Origin: Vallitaleaceae bacterium
GTDB taxonomy: Bacteria; Bacillota; Clostridia; Lachnospirales; Vallitaleaceae
DNA: 64,000 nucleotides
Direction of reading: 5' to 3'
Assembly (NCBI GenBank): GCA_028277605.1
Contig: JANQFZ010000027.1
Coordinates: forward strand, 235-64,234
Under the pieces are notes generated by a model. It did not search any database. It saw nothing but the letters and a program-made list of their open reading frames with translations, and was not told the DNA's origin. Shown here one piece after another: positions 9,872-19,632 of this stretch. Numbering within the stretch: the stretch's first letter is position 1; the number at the start of each line of letters is the position of its first letter. The position numbers and the translations under genes are program-made.

Positions 9872-11605
9872 TTATTTCTCATAGGTGACAAACTTGAAGG
9901 TATAGTCACAGCCTATTAGGTGAAAGTTCATATTCTTAACATATGGTTGTGTTAATCTTGTTCTACCCCTTTGATAAATTGGTATAAGAGCCGCATCTTC
10001 TTCTAATAATATTCTTTCGCCTTCAAGTAATGCTTCCCATCTCTCATCTACCTTATTAGTCAACTCACCAATCATTGAATCTTCTATGATTTTATCATAG
10101 TCTGAACTTTTATAGGAACTCCTATTATGTCCAGATTCTGAGTAAAACAATTCAAGGAAAGTAGTTGGATCAAGATAATCTGGACCCCAACCAGAAAATG
10201 CAACTTCAAAATCTTTATTATCCACAAGATCTAATTTGTTTTTCCAAGGTTGTTGATTAATAATTATATCTAAGCCTTCTAAATTATCTTCCAACTGACT
10301 GGTTACATACTCAGTTAATTTCTTAGCTGTATCAGTATCAGTTGTTAGGATTTCCATTTCATAAGAATCTAATCCTAATTCTTCTTTAGCTTCAGCCCAT
10401 AGTTGCTTACCTGTTTCTACGTCAAGTTCATTATAATCAAATGCATCTTCACGAAAATCAGAACCATCTATTGGACTCGTAGCTAATCCCTTGGGTACTA
10501 AATAATCTGCCGCTACTGAACCATCATTTAATACTGTATTTTCAATATAGCTTTTATCAATTACTAAAGCCATAGCTTTTCTAGCTTTTTGATTTGTTAA
10601 GATTATATTAGCTGCTTGATTTAACTCCAAATAGAACATACTTGCCTCTAAGTTTCTTGAAACATTAGGATCATCTTTATAAGTTGTTACATCTTCACCT
10701 CTTAATGCAACGCGATCAATCTCATTGTTTAAATACATATTTAATCTTGTATTGTACTCTTTAACAACTCTATACTCTACGATATCAATGTCTACATTAT
10801 CTTTATCCCAATAAGTATCATTTTTAACAAATTTCCAACCATATTCCTTTTCCCAGTCCTCTAATACATATGGTCCATTATACAATGTCGTATCATGTGT
10901 AGTTCCGAAAGCTTCCCCTTGAGCCTCAACATATGTCTGGTTTAAAGGGCAAAAACTTTGAAAACACATTAAAGATATAAAATAAGGTACAGGGAATTCT
11001 AATTCAAAGACCAAAGTGTAATCATCTTCAGCTTTTACACCTAACTCTTCTGGTGATAGACTTCCATCCATAACACCTGCATAGTTCTTCAATCCAGCAA
11101 ACTTGACCATTGCTTGGTATTGTGACTTAGTATTTGGGTCACCTAATCTTCTTATAGCATATACAAAATCATGAGCTGTAACTGGGTCACCATTAGTCCA
11201 GACAGAATCTTGCCTTAGATTAAATGTATAAGTTTTTCCATCTTCACTTAACTGGTAATCCGTAGCAACGCCAGGTACTGGTACGTGATTTTCATCTGTT
11301 GTATATAAGCCTTCCACAATATTACCTAGTACTAAGAAAGATACTTGATCAGTTGCAATACTAGAATTAAGTGATGGAATATCAGACTTTTCTACTAATT
11401 TCAACACCTTTTGTCCATTAGACTCTGAATCATCTGTTGTATCTTGTGAATCATCCGCATCTGTATCATCATCTGTATTATCTGTCGTTCCTTGTTGTTG
11501 ATTTTCATCTGTTGATGCTGGTTTATCATCATTGCTAGAGCCACATCCAGCAAATAAACCAACTGATAGCATCGCTACCATGCATAAAGCTAAAATTTTC
11601 TTCAT
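9872..11605 (-). CDS. oppA: Oligopeptide-binding lipoprotein OppA (family 5 SBP)
   Basis: 577 aa with a lipoprotein signal ending LFAGC and an acidic linker. It is the first gene of the opp operon. Confidence 0.8.
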   Translation of the reverse strand: MKKILALCMVAMLSVGLFAGCGSSNDDKPASTDENQQQGTTDNTDDDTDADDSQDTTDDSESNGQKVLKLVEKSDIPSLNSSIATDQVSFLVLGNIVEGLYTTDENHVPVPGVATDYQLSEDGKTYTFNLRQDSVWTNGDPVTAHDFVYAIRRLGDPNTKSQYQAMVKFAGLKNYAGVMDGSLSPEELGVKAEDDYTLVFELEFPVPYFISLMCFQSFCPLNQTYVEAQGEAFGTTHDTTLYNGPYVLEDWEKEYGWKFVKNDTYWDKDNVDIDIVEYRVVKEYNTRLNMYLNNEIDRVALRGEDVTTYKDDPNVSRNLEASMFYLELNQAANIILTNQKARKAMALVIDKSYIENTVLNDGSVAADYLVPKGLATSPIDGSDFREDAFDYNELDVETGKQLWAEAKEELGLDSYEMEILTTDTDTAKKLTEYVTSQLEDNLEGLDIIINQQPWKNKLDLVDNKDFEVAFSGWGPDYLDPTTFLELFYSESGHNRSSYKSSDYDKIIEDSMIGELTNKVDERWEALLEGERILLEEDAALIPIYQRGRTRLTQPYVKNMNFHLIGCDYTFKFVTYEK

Positions 11606-11763
11606 TACTAATAATCCTCCCTTACTTTTCTTTATATATATTTAGACAGCTATCATTATATCATTTTCTTTTGTATTTTGCAATTTCTATTTTTTTCACA
11701 TTCATAATAAATAAGTTTATTTCATATAAATATACAGAAACATATTACATTATGAATAACTAT

Positions 11764-12312
11764 TTAGTTCAGTATAAGATTATCCGCAAGTTCTTTAACG
11801 TAGGTTTCATCTTTATACATTTTTAAGATTTGTAACCCAAATTTTATTGAAACTCCTGGTCCCATACCAGTGACAACATGACCATCCTGAACAACATTTG
11901 AAACTTCTATTATTGCACCTTTCATTTTTTCCTCAAATCCTGGATAACATACTGCTCTTTTTCCTTTAAGAATACCTAACTCACCTAATACACTGGGAGC
12001 TGCACAAATAGCACCTATCAGCTTGCTCTTGTTATTAAAAGACTTCAGCAAATTACCCAATCTCTCATGATTGCCTAAATTCTGGGTGCCAGGCATACCG
12101 CCAGGTAAAATAAGACCATCCACTTCAGAATAATCTACATTATTAAAACAGGTATCTGTTGTAATCTTGATACCATGTGCCCCTTCTACTGTTGTTTGTT
12201 GAGTGATTGATACACTCTCTGCTTTAAGTCCACCTCTTCTAAGTATATCTAAAATAGATATCGCTTCAATTTCTTCAAAGCCTTCTGCTAAAAAAACACA
12301 TATTTTTGCCAT
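11764..12312 (-). CDS. DJ-1/PfpI (ThiJ) family protein
   Basis: 182 aa with the nucleophile-elbow context LIGAICAAP and LILPGG. Confidence 0.8.
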   Translation of the reverse strand: MAKICVFLAEGFEEIEAISILDILRRGGLKAESVSITQQTTVEGAHGIKITTDTCFNNVDYSEVDGLILPGGMPGTQNLGNHERLGNLLKSFNNKSKLIGAICAAPSVLGELGILKGKRAVCYPGFEEKMKGAIIEVSNVVQDGHVVTGMGPGVSIKFGLQILKMYKDETYVKELADNLILN

Positions 12313-12516
12313 AGTATCATCCTTTCATTGGTTAAATATATTCTAAACTTGTTTCATCTATTCTATCATAGCAGAAGTTATGTTAAAAAAAAATATGCCA
12401 GATAAAACTAGGTTTATACAGGTTGTTTTCTATGGTATTATTTACTCGATAGCAATGAAGCTAAAATATAAATACTTTAGTAAATCTAACCATTACATTT
12501 GAAAGCAGGTATTTCT

Positions 12517-12987
12517 ATGGAAATAGAGAGAAAATATTTAGTTTCACGATTACCAAATGATATCTATCACAATCCATCTTTGACTATTCAGCAAGGTTAT
12601 ATTAGTAGATCTCCTGTGATACGTATTAGAAAAAGTAATGATGATTACTTGATAACTTATAAATCATCTGGGCTAATGGTAAGAGAAGAGTTTGAGGAAA
12701 AAATTACAAGGGAACAGTTTCAGCATCTTAAACAGAAAATTGATGATCATCTGATATACAAAACCCGTTATAAGGTTCCTATTCATTCTTATACTGCTGA
12801 GGTAGATATTTTTAAATATCACTTGAAAGGCTTAATACTTGTTGAAGTAGAGTTCAAAAATGAAAAGGCAGCAAATGCTTTCATACCACCTCATTGGTTT
12901 GGGAGTGAGGTTACGTTTGACAGCCGATATCAAAACAGCTATCTATGTACATTGACTTCTATCAATCAACTATCGGATGAAGAGTGA
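12517..12987 (+). CDS. CYTH domain protein (triphosphate tunnel metalloenzyme)
   Basis: N-terminal EXEXK motif MEIERKYLV. The ORF could start at the TTG at 12499, so the start is uncertain. Confidence 0.7.
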   Translation: MEIERKYLVSRLPNDIYHNPSLTIQQGYISRSPVIRIRKSNDDYLITYKSSGLMVREEFEEKITREQFQHLKQKIDDHLIYKTRYKVPIHSYTAEVDIFKYHLKGLILVEVEFKNEKAANAFIPPHWFGSEVTFDSRYQNSYLCTLTSINQLSDEE

Positions 12988-13151
12988 AATGAATTAACTA
13001 GTAGGCTGCTATTATGTCTACTATAGCTTATGATTCATTAGATGTATAGTTACAACTAAATATAATAGGGATTAGCAGTCATAATGAGTTATAGGGTTTA
13101 GTTAGGGTAAGTAGTCATTGAGTTTCCTTTTTGGTTTTACGAAGGACAGTC

Positions 13152-13309
13152 AAAATTTTAGCTATCGGTAACGGTCAAGGGTGAATAGTATTAGCTCCAT
13201 AACCCCCTAAACGTCCATGTTTAGTAGGGGTCACGCTTCACTCCTGTTTCGCTGTGGTGCTAATACTATTCACCCTTTCTGTTCGCACATCTCATGTTGC
13301 TAAAATTTT
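13152..13309. repeat. Palindromic intergenic repeat, largest copy (copy a)
   Basis: Perfect 19-bp arms AAGGGTGAATAGTATTAGC (13177-13195) and GCTAATACTATTCACCCTT (13259-13277) around 63 nt that contain an inner hairpin. An outer 11-bp inverted repeat lies at 13152-13162 / 13299-13309. Confidence 0.6.
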
Positions 13310-13481
13310 TCGTTCCAAAAGTTAACAGATATAGTTAAAAATATATCTAGTATAACTAGTATAAAAAGGATACAAGTATAAAGAAACTGGTACCTGATAT
13401 AGTAGTATTAGTCAATAAGAATAGTGAAATATATTTGATTAAGTAATGGAGAATTATAACTGACAAGAAAATTGAGGAATT

Positions 13482-13515
13482 AAAAAACAGTATTTTATAA
13501 AAAATACTGTTTTTT
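13482..13515 (-). terminator. Terminator of the tRNA operon (bidirectional form)
   Basis: AAAAAACAGTATTTT-ATAA-AAAATACTGTTTTTT palindrome 5 nt downstream of the tRNA-Leu 3' end. Confidence 0.7.
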
Positions 13516-13519
13516 GAAG

Positions 13520-13600
13520 TGCGGGTGAAGGGAGTCGAACCCCCACGCCAAAGGCGCTAGATCCTAAGTCTAGTGCGTCTGCCAATTCCGCCACACCCGC
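13520..13600 (-). tRNA. tRNA-Leu (anticodon UAG)
   Basis: Reverse complement GCGGGTGTGGCGGAATTGGCAGAC..GACTTAGGATC.. with a long variable arm, a GGTTCGACTCC T-arm and acceptor pairing. No encoded CCA. Confidence 0.9.
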
Positions 13601-13688
13601 TTATTCAATTAGTAAGTCATTGACCTTGTTTCTTCATTATAATGTATAATTAGATTCATAGTCAATTATCAGCTTCTTATGAAGCTTA

Positions 13689-13762
13689 TGAGCCACCCGG
13701 GACTCGAACCCGGGACACCTGGATTAAAAGTCCAGTGCTCTAGCCGACTGAGCTAGTGGCCC
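13689..13762 (-). tRNA. tRNA-Lys (anticodon UUU)
   Basis: Reverse complement GGGCCACTAGCTCAGTCGGCTAGAGC..ACTTTTAATCC..GGTTCGAGTCC, cloverleaf consistent. Confidence 0.9.
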
Positions 13763-13768
13763 ATGTAA

Positions 13769-13840
13769 CTGGGTAGGTAGGATTCGAACCTACGCATGCA
13801 GGAGTCAAAGTCCTGTGCCTTACCGCTTGGCGACTACCCA
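13769..13840 (-). tRNA. tRNA-Gln (anticodon UUG)
   Basis: Reverse complement TGGGTAGTCGCCAAGCGGTAAGGC..GACTTTGACTC..GGTTCGAATCC. Confidence 0.9.
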
Positions 13841-13845
13841 TTAAG

Positions 13846-13920
13846 GGTGGATAGTGGGATTCGAACCCACGGCCTCAAGAGCCACAATCTTGCACTCTAA
13901 CCAACTGAGCTATACCCACC
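13846..13920 (-). tRNA. tRNA-His (anticodon GUG)
   Basis: Reverse complement GGTGGGTATAGCTCAGTTGGTTAGAG..GATTGTGGCTC..GGTTCGAATCC. Has the extra 5' G(-1) typical of tRNA-His. Confidence 0.9.
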
Positions 13921-14012
13921 ATAATTACTATTAGTATTAAGCGCCGCGAGTATAAATTATACATACATTAACACATATTGTCAATAGTAAAATAAGTAAA
14001 ATTAAATCAAAG

Positions 14013-14086
14013 CGTGCCTACAGGGACTCGAACCCCGGACACGTGGCTTAGAAGGCCACTGCTCTATCCTGCTGAGCTACAGGCAC
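14013..14086 (-). tRNA. tRNA-Arg (anticodon UCU)
   Basis: Reverse complement GTGCCTGTAGCTCAGCAGGATAGAGC..GCCTTCTAAGC..GGTTCGAGTCC. Confidence 0.9.
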
Positions 14087-14092
14087 ATACAA

Positions 14093-14163
14093 AGCGGGTG
14101 ATGGGAATCGAACCCACGTATCCAGCTTGGAAGGCTGGTGTTCTACCATTGAACTACACCCGC
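14093..14163 (-). tRNA. tRNA-Gly (anticodon UCC)
   Basis: Reverse complement GCGGGTGTAGTTCAATGGTAGAAC..GCCTTCCAAGC..GGTTCGATTCC. Confidence 0.9.
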
Positions 14164-14166
14164 AAG

Positions 14167-14241
14167 TCGGGGTGACAGGATTCGAACCTGCGACTTCTTG
14201 AACCCAAATCAAGCGCTCTAGCCAAGCTGAGCCACACCCCG
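14167..14241 (-). tRNA. tRNA-Pro (anticodon UGG)
   Basis: Reverse complement CGGGGTGTGGCTCAGCTTGGCTAGAGC..GATTTGGGTTC..GGTTCGAATCC. Confidence 0.9.
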
Positions 14242-14275
14242 ATTGTTTCTTTGTTGTTTTTTAGACGCAAGAAAT

Positions 14276-14304
14276 ATTATACATAGATAATGAAGTTTTG
14301 TCAA
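14276..14304 (-). promoter_or_regulatory. Consensus sigma-A promoter of the tRNA operon
   Basis: The minus strand reads TTGACA, a 17-nt spacer, then TATAAT. The -10 hexamer ends about 35 nt upstream of the tRNA-Pro 5' end. Confidence 0.65.
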
Positions 14305-14312
14305 TGATAAAT

Positions 14313-14798
14313 CTACATTTTTTTTATTTTTTTCAATGTAACATGAGGTTTTCCATTTTCATCTATTTCTAAAACCGCATAGCCAGGGGCTTTCCCATCT
14401 CTTGGTAATGATATACTTCCTGGGTTTAACAGGGTTAAAGATGGATAGTGTTTGACTACCTGTCTATGTGTATGTCCAAAAAGTACAATATCCGCTTTCT
14501 TTTTTTTGCCAGCCTCCGCAATAGTATCAAACTCTGATTTAACACGATACATATGTCCATGGGTTAACCAAAGTTTACACCCATGAATGGTTATTAATTT
14601 ATCTTTAGGAGTCTGAGTAAAATAATCACAATTTCCTGCCACATAATCGATGGGTATAGGTATAGTATTACCCAATTCTTCTGCATCTGAATCATGATCG
14701 CCTAAATGAATAATTCTATGTATATCATTGATTTGCTTTATAAGGGCATATACATTTGATAGTTCTCTATGTGTATCACTAATAACAAGTATTTTCAT
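14313..14798 (-). CDS. YfcE/MJ0936-family metallophosphoesterase (B. subtilis YsnB-like)
   Basis: Motifs SDTH, LGDH, GNCD, THGH and GHTH. Sits after rph-rdgB, as in Bacillus. Confidence 0.8.
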   Translation of the reverse strand: MKILVISDTHRELSNVYALIKQINDIHRIIHLGDHDSDAEELGNTIPIPIDYVAGNCDYFTQTPKDKLITIHGCKLWLTHGHMYRVKSEFDTIAEAGKKKKADIVLFGHTHRQVVKHYPSLTLLNPGSISLPRDGKAPGYAVLEIDENGKPHVTLKKIKKM

Positions 14799-14823
14799 AT
14801 ATCCTCCTAATAGAATATCATTA

Positions 14824-15423
14824 TTATTTCTTCATATAGCCCTTAATTTGTTGTTTCATGGCTTTAAGAGCTTGTCCTCTATGACTGATGCTATCTTTTA
14901 ATTCAAAAGGCATATCTGCAGTGGTACAGCGATACTTAGGCACATAGAAAATAGGATCATAACCAAAACCATTTGAGCCCTGTTGAGCATGTCCTATGAT
15001 GCCTTCAATGACACCTCTAGAGGTTAGGATATCTCCATTAGGGAATGCAACTGCAACAACACATACAAAACGTGCTGTGCGTTTTTTTTCTGGCACTCCC
15101 TTTAGTTTTTCTAGTATATGTTGATTTTTTACTTTATAGGACGTTTCTTCCCCTAAAAATCTTGCAGAATAAACTCCGGGCGCTTTATCTAAATAATCAA
15201 CTTCTAATCCCGAATCATCAGATAAAGCAACCTTTCCAGAAACACGCATGACTTCTTTTGCTTTTTTTATAGCATTTTCCTCAAAGGTAACACCATCTTC
15301 AACCACATTCAGATCAATACCTGCTTCCTCCATAGAAATAAATTTATATTCCAAATGGTCTAGCATTCTATTGATTTCTTTTATCTTACCTTTATTTTTT
15401 GTTGCTAATATCATTGTGTCCAT
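14824..15423 (-). CDS. rdgB: Non-canonical purine NTP pyrophosphatase RdgB/HAM1
   Basis: 199 aa with Ham1 motifs ATKNKGKIKE, SDDSGLEVD and FGYDPIF. Confidence 0.85.
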   Translation of the reverse strand: MDTMILATKNKGKIKEINRMLDHLEYKFISMEEAGIDLNVVEDGVTFEENAIKKAKEVMRVSGKVALSDDSGLEVDYLDKAPGVYSARFLGEETSYKVKNQHILEKLKGVPEKKRTARFVCVVAVAFPNGDILTSRGVIEGIIGHAQQGSNGFGYDPIFYVPKYRCTTADMPFELKDSISHRGQALKAMKQQIKGYMKK

Positions 15424-15426
15424 GTC

Positions 15427-16146
15427 TTAATCTCCTAGGATGTTTTTCTGTACTTGAAATAATGCTTTCGTTCCTATTTCTCCAAGCTCTAAAAGCTGCT
15501 CTAACTGTTTTTTTGTAAAAGGTGCTTCTTCTCCTGTTCCCTGTACTTCAATAAACTCACCTTTATCAGTCATTACTATGTTCATATCTACTGCTGCATG
15601 ACTGTCTTCTTCATAGCAAAGGTCTAATAAAGGTACTTTATTAACAATACCTACGCTAACTGCAGCTACATAGCCATTAAGTGGAAATTTTTTAATGACT
15701 CCATTTTTTAATAGACTTTGGCATGCTAAAGATAAAGAAACATACGCCCCAGTAATAGCAGCCGTTCGTGTTCCTCCATCCGCTTGAATGACATCACAAT
15801 CCAATGTAATGCTTCTTTCACCAAGAACCTTAAAATCTACTACAGAACGAAGTGCCCTACCAATCAGTCTTTGTATTTCAACTGAACGATTATTTTTCTT
15901 GAGCTTATTTATGTCTCTATTGCTTCTTGTTAAAGTAGCCCTAGGTAGCATTGCATATTCCGCAGTTACCCACCCTTCTCCTGAATCCTTTTTAAATAAA
16001 GGTACTCTCTCCTCTACACTAGCATTACATATTACTTTTGTATTCCCCATTTCAATTAAGACAGAGCCTTCTGGATATTGTATAAAGTCTTTAGTTATCT
16101 TAATTGGTCGTAGTTCATCTTTTTGTCTTCCGTCTATTCTTGCCAT
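15427..16146 (-). CDS. rph: Ribonuclease PH
   Basis: RIDGR.. and [19 protein letters not shown] motifs. I prefer the ATG at 16146 (AGGAAG RBS) over the GTG at 16170. Confidence 0.9.
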   Translation of the reverse strand: MARIDGRQKDELRPIKITKDFIQYPEGSVLIEMGNTKVICNASVEERVPLFKKDSGEGWVTAEYAMLPRATLTRSNRDINKLKKNNRSVEIQRLIGRALRSVVDFKVLGERSITLDCDVIQADGGTRTAAITGAYVSLSLACQSLLKNGVIKKFPLNGYVAAVSVGIVNKVPLLDLCYEEDSHAAVDMNIVMTDKGEFIEVQGTGEEAPFTKKQLEQLLELGEIGTKALFQVQKNILGD

Positions 16147-16622
16147 ATTGTACACTTCCTTTCCTGCCACTCATCCCTAGTATACTCGTTTACAACAGCT
16201 CCTTCAACAAAAATATTATCATGACCTTGAATATATAGGGTTATTTTCTCTACCTCCTCAATACTAAAGAGCGTTGCTAAGATTTGATTTAACATTCCTG
16301 CTTCACACATGGTTCCACCATAATTTAATATTTCTTCTGAAAACTCTAACTCTAAATAACCATGCATCATAAGAATAAAAGACACCTTTACATTCTTAGG
16401 AATACAGGTTATTTTATTATTATCGTTTTCCAGCAAATGAGTCATGGTTCTGTAGATCCTATCTTCTGTTGAGCTAGAACGTATGATGATTTTTTCGTCT
16501 TTTAATTCCTCAAAACCACTATTATCTAATTCATAGTAATAGAGTGAACTCACAGTTGTCTCTAAAGGCTGAGCTGCTACAATGGATATCATAAAAAACA
16601 ACGAAATCATTTTTAAGCCCAT
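16134..16622 (-). CDS. gerM: GerM-domain (sporulation/germination) protein
   Basis: N-terminal signal/TM followed by a single GerM-like domain. Positioned upstream of rph, as in Bacillus. The ATG at 16622 has an AAGGGAG RBS. Confidence 0.55.
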   Translation of the reverse strand: MGLKMISLFFMISIVAAQPLETTVSSLYYYELDNSGFEELKDEKIIIRSSSTEDRIYRTMTHLLENDNNKITCIPKNVKVSFILMMHGYLELEFSEEILNYGGTMCEAGMLNQILATLFSIEEVEKITLYIQGHDNIFVEGAVVNEYTRDEWQERKCTIWQE

Positions 16623-16843
16623 GTTATAATCTCCCTTATTTGTAAATTTATGGTAATTATATTTTACCTTTAATCTTTTCAATTGACAACCCTTTTAATT
16701 ATGTTCAAACCATAAAAAGCAAACAAAAATAATTGTCTACAAGATATGGTATCTCCAATAGGATTAATATCCACATCTTGTTTCATAATTAATGCTAACA
16801 CTTGTTATATTCATTCTATCTAATTGCTATGTACTAAATAATC

Positions 16844-16881
16844 AAGGGTGAATAGTATGTTGTTCCATACTATTCACCCTT
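16844..16881. repeat. Palindromic intergenic repeat, minimal copy (copy b)
   Basis: AAGGGTGAATAGTATG-TTGTTC-CATACTATTCACCCTT: perfect 16-bp arms with a 6-nt loop, followed by TTTTT on the plus strand. Confidence 0.6.
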
Positions 16882-16945
16882 TTTTATAGATTAATGATAG
16901 ATACAATTATATTATTTTGTAAATGAACTATAGATGGACACCCCC

Positions 16946-19318
16946 CTATCTTCCTGTAGGGTATTGATTAAATAAATCTATGAGTGCATCATACATAGCC
17001 TTGGATGCTTTTTTATTAAAGTTTGCATCCTTCAGTTTAGCTGCATCCTGAGCATTGCTTAAAAAGGCTATTTCAAGTAAAACAGATGGCATCTTTGTAT
17101 TCTTTAGTACATAGAGATCGTCCCTTTGTTTAAGCCCTCGGTCATAGGTTCCAAGACTTGCAAGTAAATACTCTTGGAATATTGAAGCCGCTTTTTTTGC
17201 TGTTAATCCTGATGGATGGGCTGGACAACTGGGATAGTAAAGTGTTTCTGTTCCTTTGGCTTTTGTTCCAAAGGAGTTATTATGAACACTTAGGAAGAGA
17301 TCTGCTCCCACAGCATTTGCTAAATCAGCCCTTTCAGGTAATGTAGGATAGGTATCATCTAATCGTGTATAGTAGGTCTTTATATTAGGATTTTGATCCA
17401 AATATGCCTTTAAATAATGCACCATCTCAAGGTTTAGTTTTTTCTCGTATAGTCCATTTTTATTTGCTCCGCAATCTTTGCCTCCATGCCCTGCATCAAC
17501 TACAATAATGGTTGAATATAATTCCTTTGGTTGATAAGCCATCATATATAGATAGTCATCATCCTCTGTTACCTTATACGAGTATAGATTATTCTGCTTA
17601 ATCGTTAATCGTGTTATGCCTTGCTCATCATTATCAATAAGAACAGAATGTATGTTTCCATCATTGATTTTAACTTCACCGGAACCATATACGCTTGTAT
17701 AGTCACCAGGTAATGTTATGATATACTCATTTTCCAAATAATTATCTTCATGTTTTATTTTGCTAAGGTCTAAAGCTATACCCTCTACTTTTTTCAGCTT
17801 AATAGCTAATCGATCCATATTATGATATTGAAAATTGTTGTAAGAGGGTTCAATAATTCTAATTAGAGTGGATGTATCACTAGCCTTAGTAATATGATAA
17901 TCTGCTTGTCCATCCGTCTCGACAACGATTCTTGTTGTTGTTTCGTTAAACTGTGCCGTTCTAATTGACTTAACATACTGTCCCTGAGCATCTGCACTTT
18001 CGTATTTGAACATAGTCCTTGTATTAGGTAAATCAAACACAATTCTATGGGGGTGGCTTAATCGGAATACATTTACATCGGGCGATTTAAAGCCATGCAG
18101 CTTAATATAATCCCCTAGTTCATCCTGTGACAGATTGATCTCAAATATAGTATTACTAATCGCCTTCACATTAAGCTTTGTTCGATCATCGCTTAAATAA
18201 AAACTGTACTTAAATCCTTCATCCTTTAAGTCAAATACAACACGTGTGATTTTTGGATTTTCAGAAAACTGACTAGAACGAACACCGTATACTAATGGAT
18301 TATCATCATAAGCCTTTTCATATTTGTCAATTTTCCAATTAGAATTATGAATATCTACAATGAGTTTTTTATTCCATACCACATGTTCTATGGAAGATAT
18401 CTCACTTGATGCACATATTTGAAAGCCTTCTTCTTGGTCATTGATATAGTACTCCACTTGTGTTATATCTGTTATAGGGTGCTTTTCTTCTTTTATGGAT
18501 TCTTCTTTATAATACTGTGCCAGATCTTTCAACTCACCCTCATCTACCAGCCATTTAATAGGGTTATCTTTTAAGGGTGTTGGAAGAGGTCGGTTAGCAC
18601 TCCCAGATTCTACACTCTCTAGAGTTTCTAAATCATCGACACTAATCGTATCATCAGAGTTTGAATTTTCCTCTGCTTGTACTGGCTCTTCTGTTGATTC
18701 TTCAGTTGGTTCTTCCGCTGGTTCTTCTTGATTATTATTGGAATCCTCTTGATTATCAACTTCTACATCATCGTCCGTAATGTTCTCATTTTGACTATTT
18801 TCATTATTTTCTTGAACGATATTGTTCAAATAAGCAATATAGTTCTCTCCATCCCAATCCACATCAAAATCCAAATGCTCAGAAACAAATCTTAATGGTA
18901 TCATAGTCTTTGAGCAATTTTTTGAAGTATCCATAATTAATTTAGCTGGTACATCCATTTGAACAGATTCATTATTAACTAAAGCAACCGAACTATTAAT
19001 TTGCAAAACAATAATGTTATCTTGATACGTTATGTACACTTCTTTTTTTTCGCCATTCCATTGAACCTCAGCATTAAAAGCCTCTGATTCAAAGACTTCT
19101 CTAGCAGGTACTAACGTTCTGCTATTAAATATAATCGCTGGCATTTCACCCGTCTGCACCTCATGTCCATTAATGACAACTGAAACTGAACGGTTTTGAT
19201 ACACGTAGTTTTGTCCATCATACTGTAGATTCAATTGCTCTGTAGTAGCATGAGCAATGCTATGCATTGAACCTATAAATAATATCATCATGAACAAAAC
19301 TGTTACAATTTTTCTCAT
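16946..19318 (-). CDS. Secreted N-acetylmuramoyl-L-alanine amidase with an N-terminal copper-amine-oxidase-like domain and AMIN-like repeats
   Basis: 790 aa with a signal peptide, an acidic linker and a C-terminal Amidase_3 core (VVDAGHGGKDCGA..LSVHNNS..LLEIAFLSN). Confidence 0.8.
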   Translation of the reverse strand: MRKIVTVLFMMILFIGSMHSIAHATTEQLNLQYDGQNYVYQNRSVSVVINGHEVQTGEMPAIIFNSRTLVPAREVFESEAFNAEVQWNGEKKEVYITYQDNIIVLQINSSVALVNNESVQMDVPAKLIMDTSKNCSKTMIPLRFVSEHLDFDVDWDGENYIAYLNNIVQENNENSQNENITDDDVEVDNQEDSNNNQEEPAEEPTEESTEEPVQAEENSNSDDTISVDDLETLESVESGSANRPLPTPLKDNPIKWLVDEGELKDLAQYYKEESIKEEKHPITDITQVEYYINDQEEGFQICASSEISSIEHVVWNKKLIVDIHNSNWKIDKYEKAYDDNPLVYGVRSSQFSENPKITRVVFDLKDEGFKYSFYLSDDRTKLNVKAISNTIFEINLSQDELGDYIKLHGFKSPDVNVFRLSHPHRIVFDLPNTRTMFKYESADAQGQYVKSIRTAQFNETTTRIVVETDGQADYHITKASDTSTLIRIIEPSYNNFQYHNMDRLAIKLKKVEGIALDLSKIKHEDNYLENEYIITLPGDYTSVYGSGEVKINDGNIHSVLIDNDEQGITRLTIKQNNLYSYKVTEDDDYLYMMAYQPKELYSTIIVVDAGHGGKDCGANKNGLYEKKLNLEMVHYLKAYLDQNPNIKTYYTRLDDTYPTLPERADLANAVGADLFLSVHNNSFGTKAKGTETLYYPSCPAHPSGLTAKKAASIFQEYLLASLGTYDRGLKQRDDLYVLKNTKMPSVLLEIAFLSNAQDAAKLKDANFNKKASKAMYDALIDLFNQYPTGR

Positions 19319-19632
19319 TAGTGACCCCCTTTTATGAATTCTAGTTTACTCCTATTAAGTACATGTCATATATCACTAAACGTTACATGCATAAAAAATG
19401 CTTGATTTATCTTTGGTTTATGAAACCTTAAAATACGATTTAAATCCATGTAATCATCAAAAAAATTATATCAAAAAAAAAGTGCTATAAAAAGCTATAC
19501 TGGAATTATGTAACAAAAACGTAATATATAGTTTTAGATGTCATTTTTTAAAAATAAATCGCATAAAAATGTCATAGAAATGCAACTTAAATATCATAGA
19601 ATGATAACTTAAGCTAAATTAGGAACATTATT

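Noticed and set aside
13000-13330. A known housekeeping ncRNA (SRP RNA, 6S, tmRNA, RNase P) in the 530-bp gap next to the tRNA operon
   Set aside because: I found none of the conserved motifs I know for these RNAs. The structure is explained by the palindromic repeat element. A covariance-model scan would be needed to be sure.
15788-16180. 130-aa plus-strand ORF, together with similar small plus-strand ORFs elsewhere (2496-2696, 4277-4537, 6851-7057, 15045-15430, 21257-21672, 22046-22559, 23628-24735, 33615-33833, 34850-35785, 54384-54647, 57669-58127, 60038-60268)
   Set aside because: All are antisense to strongly supported minus-strand genes and lack motifs and RBSs.
16844-16881. Reading the AAGGGTGAATAGTAT palindromes simply as ordinary terminators
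   Set aside because: The T-run of this copy is on the plus strand, where no gene ends. The same stem recurs at four loci with related but differently sized centres. They are better described as a repeat family, although some may also terminate transcription.
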